Position numbers and translations under genes: made by a program
The notes under the pieces: generated by a model
Database searches by the model: none
What the model was told of the DNA's origin: nothing
The model's input: the letters and a program-made list of their open reading frames with translations, nothing else
Part shown: positions 54,950-63,802 of the stretch, piece by piece
Layout of the letters: the number at the start of each line of letters is the position of its first letter
Numbering within the stretch: the first letter of the stretch is position 1
Assembly (NCBI GenBank): GCA_016939335.1
Contig: JAFGHC010000030.1
Coordinates: forward strand, 15,230 to 79,229
DNA from: Candidatus Saganbacteria bacterium
GTDB taxonomy: Bacteria; Margulisbacteria; WOR-1; O2-12-FULL-45-9; XYB2-FULL-48-7
Length of the DNA: 64,000 bases
Direction of reading: 5' to 3'

Positions 54950-56266
54950 CTAACTAAATATCCCGATCAGCCTGTCCACCGTCTCTTCAAAATCGATCTT
55001 CTCGAACGTCCCCTGCTTCAGGAAGTCGTTGACCTGATCGATCTTCGACAGCGCGTAATCGATCTTGGGATTGCTCCCCTTGACGTAAGCGCCGATGTTG
55101 ATCAGGTCCTCGGCCTCCGCGTAGCGCGCCAGGACCTCGCGCAGCTTGCCGGCCGCCTCTTTGTGCTCGTCGGAGACCAGGTTGACCATCAGCCGGGAGA
55201 CGCTGGGCGGCACGTCGATCGCCGGATAATGGTTGCGGGCCGCCAGGTCGCGCGACAGGACGATGTGCCCGTCGAGGATCGAGCGCGAATGGTCGGCGAT
55301 CGGCTCGTTGAAATCGTCCCCCTCGACCAGGATCGTGTAGAAAGCGGTGATACTTGCGCGCTCCGACGTGCCGGAGCGCTCCATCAGGCGCGGCAGCAGC
55401 GCAAAGACCGAGGGCGTGTAGCCTTTGGTCGTCGGCGGCTCGCCGGCCGCCAGGCCGATGTCGCGCTGGGCCATGGCGAAGCGGGTGACCGAGTCCATCA
55501 TCAGGATGACGCTCTTGCCGCTGTCGCGGAAGTACTCGGCGATGGCGGTCGCCACAAAAGCGGCCTTGAGGCGGATGAGCGGCGGCAGGTCGGAAGTCGC
55601 CACCACGACGACCGATTTCTTCAGCCCCTCCTCGCCCAGCGATTCTTCGATAAAATCGCGCACTTCCCGGCCGCGTTCGCCGACCAGGCAGATGACGTTG
55701 ACCTCGGCCTCGGCGTTGCGGGCAACCATGCCCATCAAAGTTGATTTGCCGACGCCGGAGCCGGCAAAGATGCCGATGCGCTGGCCTTTGCCGATGGTCA
55801 GCAGGCCGTCGATGGCGCGGACGCCGCAGCGCATCACTTCGGTCACGCGCGGCCGTTTGACCGGATCGGGCGGATCGGCGTCGAGCGGCCGCTCGATCTC
55901 CCCCAGGACCGGCCCCTTGCCGTCGATCGGCTCGCCCAGCCCGCCCAGGACCCGGCCGAGCACGTCGGGGCCGACGCGCACGCGGAGCGGTTTGCCGACC
56001 GCCGTCACCTGGGCGCCGGGCGAGATGCCGGCGGTCGAGCCGAGCGGCATCAGCAGCACGCGGCTCTCCTTAAAACCGACCACTTCGCCGAAGGCGTCGC
56101 GGTTCTCTTTTTCGAGGCGGATGGCGCAGAGGTCGCCGACCGAAACGCCGCCGACCTGCGCTTCGATGATCAGGCCGACGACCTGGACCACCTTGCCGAT
56201 GACTTTGACCAGGTCGGCGCGCTCGACCGCGTTGTGGTATTTCTCGAAATCGAGCGCCGTGGCCAT
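54950..56266 (-). CDS. fliI: Flagellum-specific ATP synthase
   Basis: 438 aa; Walker A GIFAGSGVGKST, Walker B region; F1/T3SS ATPase family. Confidence 0.9.
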   Translation of the reverse strand: MATALDFEKYHNAVERADLVKVIGKVVQVVGLIIEAQVGGVSVGDLCAIRLEKENRDAFGEVVGFKESRVLLMPLGSTAGISPGAQVTAVGKPLRVRVGPDVLGRVLGGLGEPIDGKGPVLGEIERPLDADPPDPVKRPRVTEVMRCGVRAIDGLLTIGKGQRIGIFAGSGVGKSTLMGMVARNAEAEVNVICLVGERGREVRDFIEESLGEEGLKKSVVVVATSDLPPLIRLKAAFVATAIAEYFRDSGKSVILMMDSVTRFAMAQRDIGLAAGEPPTTKGYTPSVFALLPRLMERSGTSERASITAFYTILVEGDDFNEPIADHSRSILDGHIVLSRDLAARNHYPAIDVPPSVSRLMVNLVSDEHKEAAGKLREVLARYAEAEDLINIGAYVKGSNPKIDYALSKIDQVNDFLKQGTFEKIDFEETVDRLIGIFS

Positions 56267-56267
56267 T

Positions 56268-56978
56268 TTACGGCGTCTCTTCGGGGGCGACCTTCTGAAG
56301 GGCTTCTTCGATCGCTTTCAGCTTGGTGGAGATGCGCGCGTCGACAAAACCGAGGTTGGTCTCGATCACGCAGCCGCCCGGCTCGACGTTTGAATCCTCG
56401 AGGATGGAAAAGCTCTTGACGCCGTCGAGCATGCCGGCCAGCCGGTCTTTGTAGCGCTTGAGGTACTCGGCGTCGTCGCGGTTGACCCGGACGATGATCT
56501 GTTCGCGGTCGGAGACCCGGCCGATCGCCTCGGAAACGATGTTGAGCGAGACGTCGCGGTGCAGGGAGACTTCGGAGCGGATGATCTGCTCGGCGATCTT
56601 GAGCGAGAGGCGGAGGATCTCGTTCTCGGCGTCCCTGACGATCCGCTTGCGCTCCTTGACCGCTTCGTTCAGCGTCGCCAGCGCTTCTTCCAGCCGGGCG
56701 GTGCTCTCCTCGCGGCCGGCGCGCCGGCCCTCCTCCCGCGCCTGCTCGATCACCCCGGCGGCGGTCTGCTGCGCGTGTTCGATGATCTTCTGCGCTTCGC
56801 CCTTGACCTGCGAAATATCGGCGCCGGGCGGCAGGTTGATGGCCAAACGGGCCACGGCCGGCGCCGGGCGGCGCGGACTAAGGGTGACGGGCGCCTTCTC
56901 GATCTGCAGCGTCCCCTTGTCTTCCAGATAATCCCGCTTGATCAGTCCCATAAATTTATTGGAAAACTTTGCCGGCAA
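56268..56978 (-). CDS. fliH: Flagellar assembly protein FliH
   Basis: 236 aa; position between fliG and fliI, E/R-rich central region and C-terminal FliH/YscL-like domain. Confidence 0.65.
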   Translation of the reverse strand: MPAKFSNKFMGLIKRDYLEDKGTLQIEKAPVTLSPRRPAPAVARLAINLPPGADISQVKGEAQKIIEHAQQTAAGVIEQAREEGRRAGREESTARLEEALATLNEAVKERKRIVRDAENEILRLSLKIAEQIIRSEVSLHRDVSLNIVSEAIGRVSDREQIIVRVNRDDAEYLKRYKDRLAGMLDGVKSFSILEDSNVEPGGCVIETNLGFVDARISTKLKAIEEALQKVAPEETP

Positions 56979-57423
56979 AAAGCTCCCGGAATTTAGCCTC
57001 GAGTTTTGGCCGGAGCGGATTGGTCCTCAAGCCGGCATAAAGCTCTTCGATCACGCCCTTTTCCCGCGGCAGCGCGGCCAGCACTTCGCTCCGCTCGCTC
57101 TCCGGGAGCAGGGTGAGCAAAAAAGCGGTCGTCTGCGGCCGTTCATAGATCAGCGCGGGGAACGAGCGCCGCGGCGCGGCCGGGCGGCCGGGGGGCGGCG
57201 CTTCGGCCGTACGGCCGGGCGGCAGAGCGAGAAAACTCTGGTAGTCTTCCAGCACTTCGGACAGGGCCTGGGGCGACGGGGTCGGCAGATGGTTGATCCC
57301 GGCCGCGATCAGGTCGGCGATCTCCTCGGGCAAATAGCGGAGCACCCGGGAGGAAACGTCGGCCCCCAGGATCGACAAGAAAATCGTGGCTTTTTCCCGT
57401 CCGGTCAATGCCATGTCATTCAC
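56956..57423 (-). CDS. fliG: FliG-like protein, N-terminal (FliF-binding) domain only (155 aa)
   Basis: ALTGREKATIFLSILGADVSSRVLRYLPEEIADLIAAGINHLPTPSPQALSEVLEDY aligns with the FliG N-domain (T. maritima GRRKAAVLLVALGPEKAAQVMKHLDEETVEQLVVEIANIG..). There is no room for middle or C domains between fliF and fliH. Confidence 0.6.
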   Translation of the reverse strand: MNDMALTGREKATIFLSILGADVSSRVLRYLPEEIADLIAAGINHLPTPSPQALSEVLEDYQSFLALPPGRTAEAPPPGRPAAPRRSFPALIYERPQTTAFLLTLLPESERSEVLAALPREKGVIEELYAGLRTNPLRPKLEAKFRELFAGKVFQ

Positions 57424-58912
57424 TCAACCAGCGTTTCAAAAGTTCGGCGATCTGCTCGGGATTGCGTTCGGCCAGGTTCCTGACCTGGTCGAGCTTGGAG
57501 CCGCGCTCGCCCGGCGGCGGGGGCGGCAAGGGCGGCTCGGTCAGCGGCAGTTCGGTTCCCGGCCGCGGGCGCAGCGCGCTCAAGCCCCAGATCACGAGCA
57601 GAATGGCGACGATGCCGATGGCCCACCAGAGCAGTTTGAGGAAAGAAACGTAATAAAAGATCTTTCTCATGCCGGCCTGCTTCGGCGGCGCCGGCTTCGG
57701 CTTGACCGGCGACAGGGCCAGCGGCGGGTTGGCCAGGTGGAACGGCACCCGCTGGACCTGGATCCGGTCGCCCCGCTTCTTGTTGTAATTGATCGCGGCC
57801 GCCACCGTCGTGTAAGTCGCCTGCTTCAGGTTCTTGTTGAAATCGACGCGGTTGTCGACCAGGACGATGGCGGTCAGTTTCTTGATCTTCAGCTCCTTGG
57901 CCCTGATCTCGCTGTCTTTGGCCGGCTTGACGTCGGCCGTCACCTTGACAATAATGCTGTTGAGCGGATAGAAACGGTTGAGCAGTTCCTGCGCTTTGCC
58001 CGAAAGATCAGCCTCCAGCTCCTTTTTGGTCTGGACCTTGAGCCGCAGCCGTTCTTCGGCGGAAAGGCTGGCCGGAGCGGTCAGCGGCAAAGCCGCTTCA
58101 ACCGACGGGGCCGCCTTGACGGCGGCCGCTTTCTCCGGCGGCATTTCTTTTTTGATGATCACTTCCGGCGTAGGCGCGGCCGCTTCGAGGGTCAGCATCA
58201 CGACCGGCTCCTCGGCCGGCGTCGGCGCGGGGGCGTATTTCAGCGGCGGCCGGCCCGTCTTCAGCGTCAGGATCCGGCCCGAATCGTCGACCACCGTCAC
58301 GTTCTCCGGCTGCAGGTTCTCCACGCTGTTCGCCACCAGGTGGACGATCCCGTCGATCTTGGCCGGCGCCAGCTCGAAGCCGGAGCGGAGGCGGATCAGC
58401 ACCGCGGCGGTCACCGGAGCGGTGGTCGCGGCGAAAAGCTGGGTCTCGGGAATGACCACCTGGACCCGGGCGTCCTCGATCCCCTCGATGCGCTGGATGT
58501 TGCGGGCCAATTCCCCCGAGATCGCGCGGATCAGCTGGATGCGCCGGTCGAAATCGGTCGCCCCCAGCCGCGATTCGTCGAAGATCTCCCAGCCGACCTG
58601 GCCGCCGGCCGGCAATTTCTTTTCGGCCAGGCCGAGCCGGGCCTGGTCTGCCTTCTCTTTCGGCACGGCGACCGAGCGCCCTTCGTCGCGGATCTCGTAA
58701 GGGATCGCCAGTTCTTTGAGCCGGGCGATCACGTTGGCGGCGTCTTTCAGCTCCAGGTTGGTGTAGATGACGGTCTGACCGACTTTCTTGGGGCCGGCCA
58801 GCGGCGCGCAGCCCCGGAAGAGGAAAAAGAGCATGGAAAAGACAACAACGACGACCACACCGCCGACCAGGAAAAGCCGTCGCGGATCAAAACCGGCCGC
58901 TGCTTCTGCCAT
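57416..58912 (-). CDS. fliF: Flagellar M-ring protein FliF
   Basis: 498 aa; N-terminal TM, YscJ/FliF ring-forming domain, C-terminal TM and cytoplasmic tail. Confidence 0.8.
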   Translation of the reverse strand: MAEAAAGFDPRRLFLVGGVVVVVVFSMLFFLFRGCAPLAGPKKVGQTVIYTNLELKDAANVIARLKELAIPYEIRDEGRSVAVPKEKADQARLGLAEKKLPAGGQVGWEIFDESRLGATDFDRRIQLIRAISGELARNIQRIEGIEDARVQVVIPETQLFAATTAPVTAAVLIRLRSGFELAPAKIDGIVHLVANSVENLQPENVTVVDDSGRILTLKTGRPPLKYAPAPTPAEEPVVMLTLEAAAPTPEVIIKKEMPPEKAAAVKAAPSVEAALPLTAPASLSAEERLRLKVQTKKELEADLSGKAQELLNRFYPLNSIIVKVTADVKPAKDSEIRAKELKIKKLTAIVLVDNRVDFNKNLKQATYTTVAAAINYNKKRGDRIQVQRVPFHLANPPLALSPVKPKPAPPKQAGMRKIFYYVSFLKLLWWAIGIVAILLVIWGLSALRPRPGTELPLTEPPLPPPPPGERGSKLDQVRNLAERNPEQIAELLKRWLSE

Positions 58913-59006
58913 TTATCGTCCTTTCTATGTCAATGAGAATAAGGCAACTTTTTAACTCTTTTTATTTTTAATTTTTTATTCTTAATTTTTTATTTTTGAT
59001 TTTATT

Positions 59007-59402
59007 TTAGACCTGCATCTGGGTTATTTCTTTTATCGTCGAGACCGTCGTATTGACGGTCGTGACCGCCAGGGTCTCCAGCACGCTCAATTTCGACTGG
59101 GCGATCATCACGTCGGCCAGTTCCGCCTGACCATGGGCATATTTATCGATCAACTGATTGGTGTAAACCTCGGCGCGGCTGACGCCGTTGAGCTTATCGA
59201 TCGCCTGGCCCAGCAGGTCATCAAAGGGGTTGCCGGAAAAAGCGGTCCGGGCCGCCGGCGCGGAGGCCGCCGTCGCCGACGGGAAAACCGGCGCCTGGGC
59301 CACCACGGGCGCCTGATCCAGAAAATTATTACCATTATTGCTGTCGCCGATCAGCTGGGCCAGTCTTTCTTCCGCGCTGAGCGGTCCGATCGCCTCGATC
59401 AT
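59007..59402 (-). CDS. fliE: Flagellar hook-basal body complex protein FliE
   Basis: 131 aa; C-terminal ..ELADVMIAQSKLSVLETLAVTTVNTTVSTIKEITQMQV typical of FliE. Confidence 0.75.
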   Translation of the reverse strand: MIEAIGPLSAEERLAQLIGDSNNGNNFLDQAPVVAQAPVFPSATAASAPAARTAFSGNPFDDLLGQAIDKLNGVSRAEVYTNQLIDKYAHGQAELADVMIAQSKLSVLETLAVTTVNTTVSTIKEITQMQV

Positions 59403-59411
59403 ATTGCCTCC

Positions 59412-59852
59412 TTATTGTATCGACAGCGTGTCCTGCGCCATCTTCTTGGTCGAGTTGAACGCCGTAATGTTAGCATTATAAAGCTGCGACGCATAGGTCA
59501 GATCGACCATCTCGTTCGCCAGGTTGACATTGGGCATCAGGACGAAACCCTGCGCGTCGGCGTCGGGATGCCCCGGCTTGTAGACCTTTTGGAACGGGGT
59601 CGAATCCTCGACCACGTCGACCACTTCGACCCCGCCCGCCATCCTGGCGGCCAGCCGGTCCTGCGCCAAGGAAAGCTGCCGGGCAAAGTCAAGCGGCTTT
59701 TCCGAGAGCACCGCGACCTTGCGCCGGTACGGGCCGCCGTAGATCGTGCGGGTGGTGTTGATATTGGCGATATTGGAAGAGATCAGCTCCAGCGTCCGGC
59801 GCTGCGCCTCGATCCCCTCGACGCTGATCTCAAACGCTTCGTTGATGCCCAT
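59412..59852 (-). CDS. flgC: Flagellar basal-body rod protein FlgC
   Basis: 146 aa; N-terminal SGIEAQRRTLELISSNIANINTTRT and C-terminal rod-protein heptads. Confidence 0.85.
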   Translation of the reverse strand: MGINEAFEISVEGIEAQRRTLELISSNIANINTTRTIYGGPYRRKVAVLSEKPLDFARQLSLAQDRLAARMAGGVEVVDVVEDSTPFQKVYKPGHPDADAQGFVLMPNVNLANEMVDLTYASQLYNANITAFNSTKKMAQDTLSIQ

Positions 59853-59861
59853 CGTTTTTTA

Positions 59862-60167
59862 CTACCTCTTCCCCTGCGTGGCGATCGTCCGCAGGACGCC
59901 GATCTTACTGGTCATCAGCTTGACGTAAGCCGAGTATTTGCCGGAATTTTCCGCCAGGGCCGCCAGCTCGTCCTCCAGGATGACGTCCTTGCGGTCCCGC
60001 CGCCTGACCGCCCGCTCCAGCTGCTCGTCAAAAGTCAGCGCCGCGTAGCCGGGGGTCTTGGCGTTGGCGATGTTCTGCGCGATGACCGCCTGACGCATCG
60101 TCGCCAGGCGCAGCGCCCGTTCCAGTGAATTAAAAGCCTCGTCAAAGATCTCCAGCGACCCGCTCAT
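59862..60167 (-). CDS. flgB: Flagellar basal-body rod protein FlgB
   Basis: 101 aa; QAVIAQNIANAKTPGY rod-protein N-terminal signature. Confidence 0.75.
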   Translation of the reverse strand: MSGSLEIFDEAFNSLERALRLATMRQAVIAQNIANAKTPGYAALTFDEQLERAVRRRDRKDVILEDELAALAENSGKYSAYVKLMTSKIGVLRTIATQGKR

Positions 60168-60946
60168 TTCAACCTCTTCTTAATCGTCTCGATCGCCCGG
60201 CTCAGGAGCCGGCAGACCTTGGGCCGCGAGAGCCGCAGCTTGGCCGCGATCGTCTTCTGGTTGATCCCCTTGTGAAAAAAAAGCTCGACCACCTGTTTCT
60301 GCAGCGGCGGCAGGCCGTAGACCTCCGCCCTGATCTTGTTCTTGAGCTCGGCAAAATCGACCTCGGAAGCGGGAGTGATCTCGCCCGGCACCTGCGCTTC
60401 CACCCCCGCGTCGGACATCTCCTCGATCGAGAGGAGGTACATCAGGGCCGAGGCGGAAACGATCTTCTTGATCCGCTTGAGCGCCGTCTTGAATTCGTCC
60501 TCGGTCAATTCCTTTTTCTCGATCAGCGCGTCCTCGGCCCGCTCCTTCCTGGAGATGACCGAGCTGACCCCCTTCTTGGCCAGGTCGCGCACCATCACCT
60601 GGACCCGGTAGGGGACCGGGTTGTAATTCTTGAGGCCGTCGAGGATCTCGCCGCGGATCCGGTAGGAAGCGTAGGTTTCGAACTTGACGCCGCGCTTCGG
60701 GTCGAAATTATCCCACGCTTTCATCAGGCCGACGGTGCCGTCGGAAACCAGGTCGTCGTACTCGATGTTGGGCGGCAAACCCTTGCCCGAGACCAGCGAA
60801 GCGATCGAGTGCACCAGCGGCATGTAGGCCTCGACCGAAGCGTGCGTCTCGACCTTTCTTCTTAGGGGCGGTTTTTTAATTTTACTCATTGTTCCCTTCA
60901 GCCGCCGGCCGCTCAACGGGCAGGCCGAGCTGGCTCCGGGCCGCAC
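60164..60946 (-). CDS. fliA: RNA polymerase sigma factor FliA (sigma-28)
   Basis: Sigma-70 region 2 (GLMKAWDNFDPKRGVKFETYASYRIRGEILD) and region 4 HTH (QKTIAAKLRLSRPKVCRLLSRAI); probable start MSKIKKPP (about 60889). Confidence 0.8.
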   Translation of the reverse strand: MRPGASSACPLSGRRLKGTMSKIKKPPLRRKVETHASVEAYMPLVHSIASLVSGKGLPPNIEYDDLVSDGTVGLMKAWDNFDPKRGVKFETYASYRIRGEILDGLKNYNPVPYRVQVMVRDLAKKGVSSVISRKERAEDALIEKKELTEDEFKTALKRIKKIVSASALMYLLSIEEMSDAGVEAQVPGEITPASEVDFAELKNKIRAEVYGLPPLQKQVVELFFHKGINQKTIAAKLRLSRPKVCRLLSRAIETIKKRLK

Positions 60947-61202
60947 TCAACTGGTTCTGGGCCAACTGCCGGGCGAACTGCTCGACCATGATATCGGAAT
61001 TGAAGGCCGTAAAGAACGACCCCTCTTCGTTCTTGTCGGGGTCAAACGAGAGCGCCGGCGCCTGAAGCGACTGCTTGAGCATTTCCTTGTAAAAGATCGT
61101 CAGGAATTCCCGGCTGACCTCCTCCCCCCTCCCCTGCGCCTGGGCGGCCTCAATCAGCGGAGCCAGGTCCTTGACCGAGGAAACGGGGTTGATCGCTTCC
61201 AC
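60882..61202 (-). CDS. flgJ: Rod-binding protein (FlgJ N-terminal domain-like, no muramidase domain)
   Basis: 106 aa; FLTIFYKEMLKQSL matches the Rod_binding motif (F..FLKEMLK). Confidence 0.55.
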   Translation of the reverse strand: MEAINPVSSVKDLAPLIEAAQAQGRGEEVSREFLTIFYKEMLKQSLQAPALSFDPDKNEEGSFFTAFNSDIMVEQFARQLAQNQLSAARSQLGLPVERPAAEGNNE

Positions 61203-61204
61203 CC

Positions 61205-62365
61205 TTAGATGACCTCCAGCGGCGCCTTGAGCGCGCCGCTCTTCTTCATCGCCTGCAGGATCGAGATCAGGTCCTTGGGCGAGGCGCCGATCGTGTTGAG
61301 CGCCCGCACCAGCACCGCCAGGCTGGGCGCGGCCGGCACCAGCGTCAGCTGCGCCGACGAACGCTTGAGGCGCGCCTTGGTCGACGACTGGTAACGCTGC
61401 TGGCCGCCGGCCGTGTAATCGGCCGTGTCGGTCGTATCGCCGACCGAATAGATCGAAACGTCGCCGATGGCGACATCGATGCCGCTGTAAGAGACGGCCA
61501 CCGGGGCGATCACCACGTTCTCGCCGATCACCACGGTGCCGGTCCGTTCATTGATCACGATCTTGGCCACGGTGTCGGGTGAGACGGCCAGGTTCTCGAT
61601 CCGCGCGATCATGGGGACCAGTTCGCCCTCGATCGCCACGGTCACGGTGGCCGCGTCCTGGGGAGTAGCGGAAAAACCGGCATTGCTGATGGCGGCCGCC
61701 ACCCGGCTGGCGGTGGTAAAGTCCGGTTCGTTCAAAACGATAGTGATCCCGCCTTTCCCTTCAAGCGTCACCGGCACTTCTTTTTCGACCAGCGCCCCTT
61801 CCGGTATCCGGCCGACGGTCACCTGGCGCGGCCGGACGTAGGGAACGCTGGGATACGAGGCATCGGCACCGACCACCAGGTTCCCCTGCGCCACGGCGTA
61901 AACCTGGTCATCAACCCCCTGGAGCGGCGTGATGAGGAGCGTCCCGCCCTGCAGCGAGGTGGCGTCGCCGAGCGACGAAACGGTCACGTCAAGTTTCTGG
62001 CCGGAGCTGACAAAGGGCGGCAGCACCGCCGTGACCATGACCGCCGCCACGTTGCGCGACCTGAAATCGACCGACGGCGGCACGACCCCCATGCGCGACA
62101 TCAGGTTGGTGACCGCCTGCTGGGTAAAGCTCGACTGGTTGCGGTCGCCGGTATTGTTCAGGCCGACCACCAGGCCAAAGCCCATCAACTGGTTCTCGCG
62201 CGCCCCCAGGATGTGGGCAATGTCTTTAAGACGGACCGCCGGAGAAGCGCCATAAGCGACAGCGACAAATGACAAATTACAAACAACAAACAATATCAAA
62301 ATAATAAATATTTTAAAATTTAAAACTTGGAAATTGTTTGTCATTTGATGCTTGTTATTTGTCAT
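61205..62365 (-). CDS. flgI: Flagellar P-ring protein FlgI
   Basis: 386 aa; signal peptide, RLKDIAHILGARENQLMGFGLVVGLNNTGD signature. N-terminus has the MTNN..MTNN direct repeat; start may be the second Met (62344). Confidence 0.85.
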   Translation of the reverse strand: MTNNKHQMTNNFQVLNFKIFIILILFVVCNLSFVAVAYGASPAVRLKDIAHILGARENQLMGFGLVVGLNNTGDRNQSSFTQQAVTNLMSRMGVVPPSVDFRSRNVAAVMVTAVLPPFVSSGQKLDVTVSSLGDATSLQGGTLLITPLQGVDDQVYAVAQGNLVVGADASYPSVPYVRPRQVTVGRIPEGALVEKEVPVTLEGKGGITIVLNEPDFTTASRVAAAISNAGFSATPQDAATVTVAIEGELVPMIARIENLAVSPDTVAKIVINERTGTVVIGENVVIAPVAVSYSGIDVAIGDVSIYSVGDTTDTADYTAGGQQRYQSSTKARLKRSSAQLTLVPAAPSLAVLVRALNTIGASPKDLISILQAMKKSGALKAPLEVI

Positions 62366-62379
62366 TTGTGTGTGCGCTC

Positions 62380-63003
62380 CTAAAAAATCCAGTTAAAGAG
62401 CCTCGTCAGCCAGCCGGGCTGGGCGGTATCGGAAACGGCGCCGCTCCCGCTCACGGTCAGCTCGGCGTTGGCCACCTGATAGGAATAGACGGTATTGGAC
62501 CCGGCTATGTCCTTGGGCCGGACGGTGCCGGTCAGCGTGATCTCCTGCATCTCATCGTTGACGTTGACCTTGTGGCGCCCCTTGATCAGCAGGTTGCCGT
62601 TGGGCAGGACCTCGATCACCCAGGCGGCGATCCGCGCCTGAACGTTGTTCCCCCGCACCGTCGAGCCGTCGCCGGTGTAAAGATTCTGCAGCTGGCCGTT
62701 CGCCTGGGTGTTCAAGCCGATGACCGGCGCCAGCCGCTGCATCGTGTGGGTGAACTTGGCGCTCAAATTGTCGGTCACGTTGGCCTTGGTCGTCGCCTGG
62801 TTCTTGGCCGAAGTGTTCTCCAGGATCACGACGTTAATGATGTCGCCGACCTTGTAAGCTTTGGCGGGGGAATAGGGCGAAGCGCTGTCCTCGTTCCAGA
62901 GCGAATTGGCACCCGCCGCTCCGGCCAGGGCCAGCCAGCAAACGCCAAGCATTAAAAAATACTTTTGACTTTTGACTTTTGACTTTTGACTTATTGTTCT
63001 CAC
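62380..63003 (-). CDS. flgH: Flagellar L-ring protein FlgH
   Basis: 207 aa; GTG start overlapping the flgA stop (alternative ATG at 62952); YKVGDIINVVILENTSA..LTVSGSG motifs of FlgH. Confidence 0.8.
   Translation of the reverse strand: MRTISQKSKVKSQKYFLMLGVCWLALAGAAGANSLWNEDSASPYSPAKAYKVGDIINVVILENTSAKNQATTKANVTDNLSAKFTHTMQRLAPVIGLNTQANGQLQNLYTGDGSTVRGNNVQARIAAWVIEVLPNGNLLIKGRHKVNVNDEMQEITLTGTVRPKDIAGSNTVYSYQVANAELTVSGSGAVSDTAQPGWLTRLFNWIF
62962..62989. repeat. Heptanucleotide tandem repeat (CTTTTGA)x4 at the 5' end of flgH
   Basis: ACTTTTGACTTTTGACTTTTGACTTTTGACTT read from sequence. On the minus strand it encodes QKSKVKSQK if the GTG start is used. The 7-nt unit is not a multiple of 3. 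Confidence 0.85.
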
Positions 63004-63797
63004 TGGACCTTGACCTCGACTTCCCCGGCGGCGACAACTCTGGCCGGCAAAATTTTATTGGAATCCTTGCGCTTGACCTTGATCTCCGCGCCGAGCACCC
63101 CGTCCTCCTCCGCCCGGGCCTTGACCTTGACCGTCAGGCCCGGCGCCGCCACTGTCAGCGTCACTTCGTCGCCGCGGTGCACCAGCGGCACCGCGCCGAT
63201 CATCCATTCAAAGACCGTACTGTTGTCGGGGACCGAGATCTTGGCCTCCTGGCTGATCAGGCGGTCAAAAGCCGTGAAATATTTCGGCGGCAAGAGCGCC
63301 ACGTCGCGCTCGTCAAGCTTGAGGTCATCCGGCCCGATCAGCGTCCCTTTCTTGATCAGCCGGGCCGCCGCCACGACGTTCTTGAACACCTCGACCTTGG
63401 CCCGCACCAGGTATTTACGGCCGCCGCTTTCGCAGGAAGCCACGAGCGGGAAGACCACGCTGCCGACCGGACGAAAATCGGGGTAGACCTCGAGCACCTC
63501 CAAGCTGACCGTTTCGGGCAGTTCCTTCATCTCGGCAAAAATACCCTCCGCCTGCCTGAAGGTCAGGTCAATCCGGTCGTTGGCCCAGTCGGGATACCTG
63601 CCCACGACGTAGTTCCTGATCGTCTCGCTGACCCGCTGCTCCGGGTCGTCGAGCGCGCGACAAAACGACAAATGGCCAAGGACCAATGACCAATTAACGA
63701 TTATTGCCAGCAGCAGCAACGCCCTGCCGACCGGACAAAACCGCAGAATTAATTCTGCGGTTTTTGTTCTTGCTTTAAATTCAATCGTGCCCTTCAT
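63000..63797 (-). CDS. flgA: Flagellar basal-body P-ring formation protein FlgA (SAF domain)
   Basis: 265 aa; signal peptide, C-terminal SAF-like ..GDEVTLTVAAPGLTVKVKARAEEDGVLGAEIKVK.. Confidence 0.65.
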   Translation of the reverse strand: MKGTIEFKARTKTAELILRFCPVGRALLLLAIIVNWSLVLGHLSFCRALDDPEQRVSETIRNYVVGRYPDWANDRIDLTFRQAEGIFAEMKELPETVSLEVLEVYPDFRPVGSVVFPLVASCESGGRKYLVRAKVEVFKNVVAAARLIKKGTLIGPDDLKLDERDVALLPPKYFTAFDRLISQEAKISVPDNSTVFEWMIGAVPLVHRGDEVTLTVAAPGLTVKVKARAEEDGVLGAEIKVKRKDSNKILPARVVAAGEVEVKVQ

Positions 63798-63802
63798 TGC
63801 CC

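Noticed and set aside
58913-58935. Sigma-28-like GACGATAA element upstream of fliF.
   Set aside because: It sits only 3 nt before the ATG, so a TSS would fall inside the ORF, and no TAAA -35 lies at the right spacing.
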